38,477 nucleotides of DNA from Acidimicrobiia bacterium (GTDB lineage: Bacteria > Actinomycetota > Acidimicrobiia > Spongiisociales > JAENVV01). The stretch covers positions 1 through 38,477 of the forward strand of contig JBFGJH010000027.1 in NCBI GenBank assembly GCA_041577335.1, read 5' to 3'. Of the stretch, positions 33,318-38,477 are shown piece after piece. The position numbers and the translations under genes are program-made. The notes under the pieces are model-generated. The model did no database searches. It saw only the letters and a program-made list of their open reading frames with translations, and had not been told where the DNA came from. Position 1 is the stretch's first letter; each line of letters opens with the position of its first letter.

Positions 33318-34246
33318 GTGACCTGCTCACCACAGCGTCATTGGTGGCCATCGTCGCGTCGGGCATCCGCTTGTCGGTTCCGCTCTTGCTGGCAGGCCTC
33401 GGCGAAACGTTCGGGCAGCGTTCGGGGGTGCTCAATCTCGGTGTCGACGGCGTGATGCTCCTGGGTGCGTTTGGTGGCTACTACACCACCCTGAAGACGC
33501 AGAACGTATGGCTGGGGCTGCTGGTGGGCTTGGGCATCGGGCTGGTATTCGGTCTGCTCTACGGCTTCATTTCGGTGACGTTGCGGGCCGAGCAGGGGAT
33601 CTCCGGCATCGGCGTCTACCTCTTTGGGTTGGGGGTCAGCGACCTTCTCTTTCAGAAGCTGGTGGGCACGCCGCTCCCTATTCCGAGTTTCCCGGAGTTG
33701 GCGATTCCGGGTGTGTCGTCGCTACCGGTGCTCGGGCCCATGCTGTTTGAGCACAGCATTGTGGTGTACGTGGCTTTTGCGCTGGTACCGGTTGCTGTGA
33801 TCGTCCTCAACAAGACGACCTTCGGGCTCAACATTCGGGCCGTGGGCGAGACACCAGAAGCTGCCGACAGCCTGGGAGTCTCGGTGGGGCGAGTTCGGTA
33901 CGCCACCACCATCATCGGTGGCGCCATGGCCGGCGCCGCGGGTGCAGTGCTCACCATCGAGCTGTCGATCTTTCAGCAGAATCTGACCAATGCTCAAGGC
34001 TTCATTGCCATCGCACTGGTCTACTTCGGGGCGTGGAGGCCGATCGGCGTGATGCTGGGGGCGCTGCTGTTCGGGCTGCTCAACGCGCTCGTCCTGCAGA
34101 TGAAGACGTTGGGCATCATTCCACCCGACGCATCGAATTTGGCGGCCATGGCTCCGGCCATCATCACCATTCTGGCACTCGTTATTGTCGCCAACAGGTT
34201 CAGGGCACCGACGGCGCTCACCAAGCCGTTTGTGCGAGGCACGTAA
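33314..34246 (+). CDS. Nucleoside/purine ABC transporter permease
   Basis: RSGVLNLGVDG, RAVGETPEAADSLG, GFIAIALV. Confidence 0.9.
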   Translation: MSDLLTTASLVAIVASGIRLSVPLLLAGLGETFGQRSGVLNLGVDGVMLLGAFGGYYTTLKTQNVWLGLLVGLGIGLVFGLLYGFISVTLRAEQGISGIGVYLFGLGVSDLLFQKLVGTPLPIPSFPELAIPGVSSLPVLGPMLFEHSIVVYVAFALVPVAVIVLNKTTFGLNIRAVGETPEAADSLGVSVGRVRYATTIIGGAMAGAAGAVLTIELSIFQQNLTNAQGFIAIALVYFGAWRPIGVMLGALLFGLLNALVLQMKTLGIIPPDASNLAAMAPAIITILALVIVANRFRAPTALTKPFVRGT

Positions 34247-34276
34247 ATGGACAGGAATACCCAGAAAGGGAACACA

Positions 34277-35275
34277 ATGAGAAACATACGCACGTTCCGC
34301 TATCTGCTGCTGATTGCAGTGATGGCGCTCATCGGAGCCGCATGCGGCGATTCGGGCGACGATGGAGGGGGCGATGGTGGCGGAGACGCCGACGGTATCC
34401 GCATCGCCATCGTGGGTCCTTCTGCGTCGAACGACCTGGCTTTTACTCAGAGCATCGTCGAAGGCGTCAACCGGCTCGATGGCGTCAGCGAGGCCGCTAT
34501 CACCGACGGCACCTTTGTCGTAGAGGACGCCGCCACTGCCATTCGCAATTACGCCGACGAGGGGTACGACCTGGTACTGGCCCACGGCTCGCAATACGGA
34601 GGGTCGCTCCAAGAGATCGCTCCCGATTTCCCCGACACTCAATTCGCATGGGGAACGGCAGCCGATACCTTTGGCCTCGCCAACGTATCCGCGTACGAGG
34701 CAGCCTCGGACCAGGGCGGCTACGTGATGGGCGTCATGGCCGCCGGACTGACTGAATCCGGCACGATCGGTGTGGTCGGGCCCATCGAGGTTGGCGACGC
34801 CAAGCTGTATGTCGATGGCTTCGTCAACGGAGCAAAGGCCACCGATCCGGGGGTTACCGTCACGGTCAACTACATCGATTCGTTTTCGGATGTTGCCCTG
34901 GCGTCAGAAGCGGCCGAGAGTCTCCTCTCGGTCGGCGCCGACGTACTGACGGGGACAGCTCAGATGACGGTTGGCGCCATCGGTGTGGCCAATGAGAACG
35001 GCGTTGCCTGGTTCGGTACACAGTCGAATCAGTCGAGTGTCGCCCCCGACATCGTGGTCGCCAACCAGGTGTATAAGTGGGAAGTGGTGCTCCAGGACCT
35101 CGTCGATGCGGTCGCCGCCGGCGATCTCACCTCGGAGGTCTACGAGATCAACTTCGAGAACGGTGGCCTCGTCATCGAATACAACGATGGGTACGACCTC
35201 GCCGACGATCTCGTCGATGCCGCCAACGCCGCCATCGACGGGCTCAAAGACGGCTCGATTACCACGGGCGCCTAG
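34277..35275 (+). CDS. BMP/PnrA-family ABC substrate-binding lipoprotein
   Basis: Lipobox GAAC; DLAFTQS, GYDLVLAHG, GYVMGVMAA, IGVVG. Confidence 0.9.
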   Translation: MRNIRTFRYLLLIAVMALIGAACGDSGDDGGGDGGGDADGIRIAIVGPSASNDLAFTQSIVEGVNRLDGVSEAAITDGTFVVEDAATAIRNYADEGYDLVLAHGSQYGGSLQEIAPDFPDTQFAWGTAADTFGLANVSAYEAASDQGGYVMGVMAAGLTESGTIGVVGPIEVGDAKLYVDGFVNGAKATDPGVTVTVNYIDSFSDVALASEAAESLLSVGADVLTGTAQMTVGAIGVANENGVAWFGTQSNQSSVAPDIVVANQVYKWEVVLQDLVDAVAAGDLTSEVYEINFENGGLVIEYNDGYDLADDLVDAANAAIDGLKDGSITTGA

Positions 35276-35293
35276 AAGGAGAACACCTCCGCC

Positions 35294-36802
35294 ATGACCG
35301 AAGGGCCAATGCTGGAACTCCGGGGAATCACCAAACGGTTCCCCGGAGTGCTCGCCAACGATGATGTGAGCTTCGACTTGAAGGCCGGGGAAGTGCATGC
35401 GCTGCTCGGAGAGAACGGGGCCGGCAAGAGCACCCTCATGAAGATCCTGTATGGGCTCTACGAGCCGGATGCCGGGGAGGTGCTGGTCAACGGATCGGTC
35501 ACGAGCATCTCCGATCCCGCAGACGCCATCGCGCAAGGTATCGGCATGGTCCACCAGCATTTCATGCTCGTGCCGAGCCTCACGGTCGCCGAGAATGTGG
35601 CGCTCGGTCTCGACTCATCGCGCCGTCCTTTCACCGATCTCGACAAGGTCGCTGCTCGGATTCGTGAACTTGGCGAAACGTACGGTCTCTCGATCGACTC
35701 CGACGCCGCCGTGTGGCAGCTTTCGGTGGGAGAGCGGCAGCGAATCGAGATTCTGAAGGCGCTGTATCGAGATGCGCACATCCTGGTGCTCGATGAGCCG
35801 ACCGCGGTGCTGACTCCCCAAGAGGTCGACGATCTGTTCGTGACGTTCGGCCGAATGACGGACGAGGGCAAAGGCCTGATCTTCATTTCCCATAAGCTGC
35901 ACGAAGTCCTCGAGGTCAGCGGACGCATCACTGTGATGCGGCTCGGCAAGGTGGTGGGAAGCGTCCAGACAGCGGAAGCCACCCGTCAGATCCTCGCCGA
36001 GCTGATGGTTGGTCGCGACGTCTCTTTTGTTCCCGACAAGGCGCCGAGAGAACCGGCCGAGGTTCTTCTCGCCATCCGCAACCTCACGGTCGCCGGCGAT
36101 CGGGGGCTCAATGCGGTGAACGGCCTCAATCTGGAGGTCCGGGCCGGCGAAATCGTTGGCATCGCTGGGGTTTCGGGAAACGGGCAGCGAGAGTTCGCCG
36201 AAGCCGTTGCCGGGATGCGGGACATCGAAAGCGGCACCATCGAATTGTCGGGAGTCGACATTGCCGGTGCCGGCCCGAGCATCGCTCGCGCCAATGGCCT
36301 CGGGTACGTGCCGGAAGAGCGTATGCACGAGGGCATGATCGGGGCGTTCACGGTCGCAGAGAATCTGATCCTCGTGCATCACGACGAAGACGAGTTCAGC
36401 AACCGGGGCATGCTGCGCTTCCCCGCGATCCGACGCCATGCCGAGCGGCTGGTGGAGGAGTACGCCATCAAAACCCCGTCGATCGATACCCACGGAAGTT
36501 CGCTCTCGGGCGGCAACATCCAGAAGATGATCATGGCCCGCGAGTTGGACGCCGAACCGGCTGTTCTGTTGGCGGCCCAACCAACCAGGGGTGTGGACAT
36601 CGGCGCCGCCGAGTACATCCACTCTCGCCTCATCGCTCAGCGAGACGCCGGGGTGGCCGTGCTCATGATCTCCGAGGATCTCGACGAGGTCCTGGCAGTC
36701 GCCGATCGCATCGCGGTGATGTACGAAGGAGAGATCACCGGCATCGTCGACGCCGGCGAGGCCAAGCGAGAAGACATCGGCCTGCTGATGGCAGGCGGCT
36801 GA
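35294..36802 (+). CDS. ABC transporter ATP-binding protein (double NBD, nucleoside type)
   Basis: [37 protein letters not shown]. Confidence 0.94.
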   Translation: MTEGPMLELRGITKRFPGVLANDDVSFDLKAGEVHALLGENGAGKSTLMKILYGLYEPDAGEVLVNGSVTSISDPADAIAQGIGMVHQHFMLVPSLTVAENVALGLDSSRRPFTDLDKVAARIRELGETYGLSIDSDAAVWQLSVGERQRIEILKALYRDAHILVLDEPTAVLTPQEVDDLFVTFGRMTDEGKGLIFISHKLHEVLEVSGRITVMRLGKVVGSVQTAEATRQILAELMVGRDVSFVPDKAPREPAEVLLAIRNLTVAGDRGLNAVNGLNLEVRAGEIVGIAGVSGNGQREFAEAVAGMRDIESGTIELSGVDIAGAGPSIARANGLGYVPEERMHEGMIGAFTVAENLILVHHDEDEFSNRGMLRFPAIRRHAERLVEEYAIKTPSIDTHGSSLSGGNIQKMIMARELDAEPAVLLAAQPTRGVDIGAAEYIHSRLIAQRDAGVAVLMISEDLDEVLAVADRIAVMYEGEITGIVDAGEAKREDIGLLMAGG

Positions 36803-36865
36803 GGCCTCGCCCGCCTACGGCGAGCGTCGGCGACCCGAGACTCCCGACTCATGCAGGGTCTCGTG

Positions 36866-36928
36866 AATAGTCCCCCCAACGGATGTTGGGGGGAAGGTAC
36901 CGCCGCCCGAAGGGTGGGGGTAGGGGGG
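36866..36928 (+). repeat. Palindromic REP-like element, copy 3
   Basis: AATAGT-CCCCCC-AAC GGAT GTT-GGGGGG-AAGGTACCGC-CGCCC GAA GGGTG-GGGGTAGGGGGG. Confidence 0.85.
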
Positions 36929-37054
36929 CGGCCCTCTTCATCGATAGTTCCCCGCTGGGTGCGAGGTCAACGAATGCGTATAGATGCCGATAACCAAATA
37001 CCGAGCGCCGAAGTGCCGATCTGCTCGGTTTGCAGCGCTCGTTATGGCTTGCAG

Positions 37055-37221
37055 GTGATCGGCGTTGCCGCTGGTGAGGGAACACCGGACAAACCTGATG
37101 TGATCGCCGGTCCGCCCACCGATATGCGTGGTACATCAGGGATCCGAACGGCCGCATCATCGAGGTCGGAGAAGCGACCGGCTTGATCGAGTACATCGAT
37201 ATGGCCAACAACACCACCTGA
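37055..37221 (+). pseudogene. Remnant of a VOC/glyoxalase-family gene
   Basis: Frame 2 GEGTPDKPDVIAGPP, then frame 1 YIRDPNGRIIEVGEATG...*; frameshift near 37130. Confidence 0.45.
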
Positions 37222-37384
37222 CCGAGGCTCGCTGTCGCATTTGAGCTGCACGTGCCAGATCGGGACACGCTTGTCCCTTTGACGTCGCTGTAACGAGCCG
37301 CGCTCCAGCTGCAGGTACGCTCGACGGTACGGTTGTGCACAATCGGGCGCGGACCGCGCCCGGGAGACCACCGAAAGGGGCCTC

Positions 37385-38477
37385 ATGACAAGCGAAGCGA
37401 GAAACGGCACCGACGGGGAAGGTTTCAGCTGGTGGAGGGTGTGGGGTCTGTTCAGCGGCCACCGCGGACAGGTGGCCACGGTCCTCGTGCTGGTATTGGT
37501 TGCGGCCGTTCTCGGGGTGATCAATCCGCTGCTGGTCCAGGTGGTGTTCGACGATGCGCTGTTCCCCGCCGGAGGGTCAGGGCCGGACATCGGGCTGCTG
37601 ATCACGCTGTCGGCGGTCATGCTGACGATCACGTTGCTCGGAACGGGGCTGGGGGTTTGGCAGACCTTTGCGGCGAACCGGCTCGGCCAGGACGTCTTGC
37701 GGGAGCTGCGGAACCGGGTGTATCAGCACCTGCAGTCGTTGTCGTTGTCGTTTTATGCGTCCACCAGGACCGGGGAGCTGCAGTCCCGCATAAGCAACGA
37801 CGTGGGCGGGGCGCAGACCGCAGTCAGCTCGACTTTGACGTCCATCTTGTCGAATGTGGTGACGTTCGTCGCCGCGGTTGTGGCAATGGTGGTGCTGTCG
37901 TGGCAGCTCACGTTGCTGGCGCTGGTCACGGTTCCATTGTTCGTGTGGGCGACGCGGACCGTAGGTCGCAAACGACGCGAGTTCACGGGGCAGGCCCAAG
38001 CGGCGACCGCGACGATGAACGTGATCACTCAGGAGACTCTGACGGCCTCCGGGTTTACGTTGGCCCGACTGTTCGGACAGCAGGACCGAGAGATCAGCCG
38101 CTTCGAAGAAGCCAACGCGGAGCTCGCCGACGTCACGACCCGCCAGCAAGTGATCGGTCAGGCGTTCTTCACCGTGGTCGGCGCCTTCCTCGGCGCAACC
38201 CCGATCATCGTCTACCTCGTGGTCGGCTTCCTCATCGACGGTGGAACCGGCATCTCGGCGGGAACCGTGGTTGCGTTCACGACACTCCAGACCCGGCTGT
38301 TCTTTCCCGTCGCCCGACTGCTCGAGACCTGGGTCGAGTTGCAGTCGTCACAGGCAATGTTCGAACGCATCTTCGAGTACCTCGACACCCAGCCCGACGT
38401 CGTCGAGGCGTCGAATCCGACCTCGCTCGCCCGTCACGCTTCTGAGGGCCGTTTGGCGTTCGAACACGTGCACTTCA
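37385..38477 (+). CDS. Fused ABC exporter (TMD + NBD), partial, runs off the window end; absent from the ORF track
   Basis: MTSEARNG...LGVINPLL...HLQSLSLSFYASTRTGELQSRISNDVGG...FERIFEYLD...LAFEHVHF; GAAAGGGG RBS. Confidence 0.9.
   Translation, partial: MTSEARNGTDGEGFSWWRVWGLFSGHRGQVATVLVLVLVAAVLGVINPLLVQVVFDDALFPAGGSGPDIGLLITLSAVMLTITLLGTGLGVWQTFAANRLGQDVLRELRNRVYQHLQSLSLSFYASTRTGELQSRISNDVGGAQTAVSSTLTSILSNVVTFVAAVVAMVVLSWQLTLLALVTVPLFVWATRTVGRKRREFTGQAQAATATMNVITQETLTASGFTLARLFGQQDREISRFEEANAELADVTTRQQVIGQAFFTVVGAFLGATPIIVYLVVGFLIDGGTGISAGTVVAFTTLQTRLFFPVARLLETWVELQSSQAMFERIFEYLDTQPDVVEASNPTSLARHASEGRLAFEHVHF

Noticed and set aside
37333..38445. 370-aa plus-strand ORF in the track
   Set aside because: Arg/Gly-rich off-frame shadow; the real gene is the ABC exporter starting at 37385 in another frame

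Overview
GC-rich bacterial window, most consistent with an actinobacterium (inference from DUF222-HNH, GuaB1, F420-dependent split-barrel proteins and many leaderless promoters; possibly Acidimicrobiia-like). Bases 1-17 kb hold mixed housekeeping and accessory genes (tsaC, corA, guaB1, msrB, glyA, GNATs, MBL hydrolases, lipoproteins, a DUF222-HNH gene). Bases 17.0-36.8 kb form a four-transcription-unit purine-catabolism island resembling the E. coli/clostridial reductive urate (2,8-dioxopurine) cluster: Xdh-type Mo enzyme, SsnA-like, YgfK-like, YgeW-like, carbamate kinase, adenine deaminase and a BMP-type ABC importer. The island is rewired. YgfK lacks its NAD(P)H/FAD module, there is no Xdh FAD subunit, and YgeX, YgeY and HyuA are absent. 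In their place are two fold-II PLP enzymes, two nitrilase-family carbamoylases and a PyrB-like carbamoyltransferase with a remodelled substrate site. The island also carries a split HTH regulator, a twin-palindrome divergent promoter, a candidate structured leader and a covarying palindromic repeat at transcription-unit ends. The window ends in a partial ABC exporter gene. All calls come from reading motifs by eye; no searches were run.
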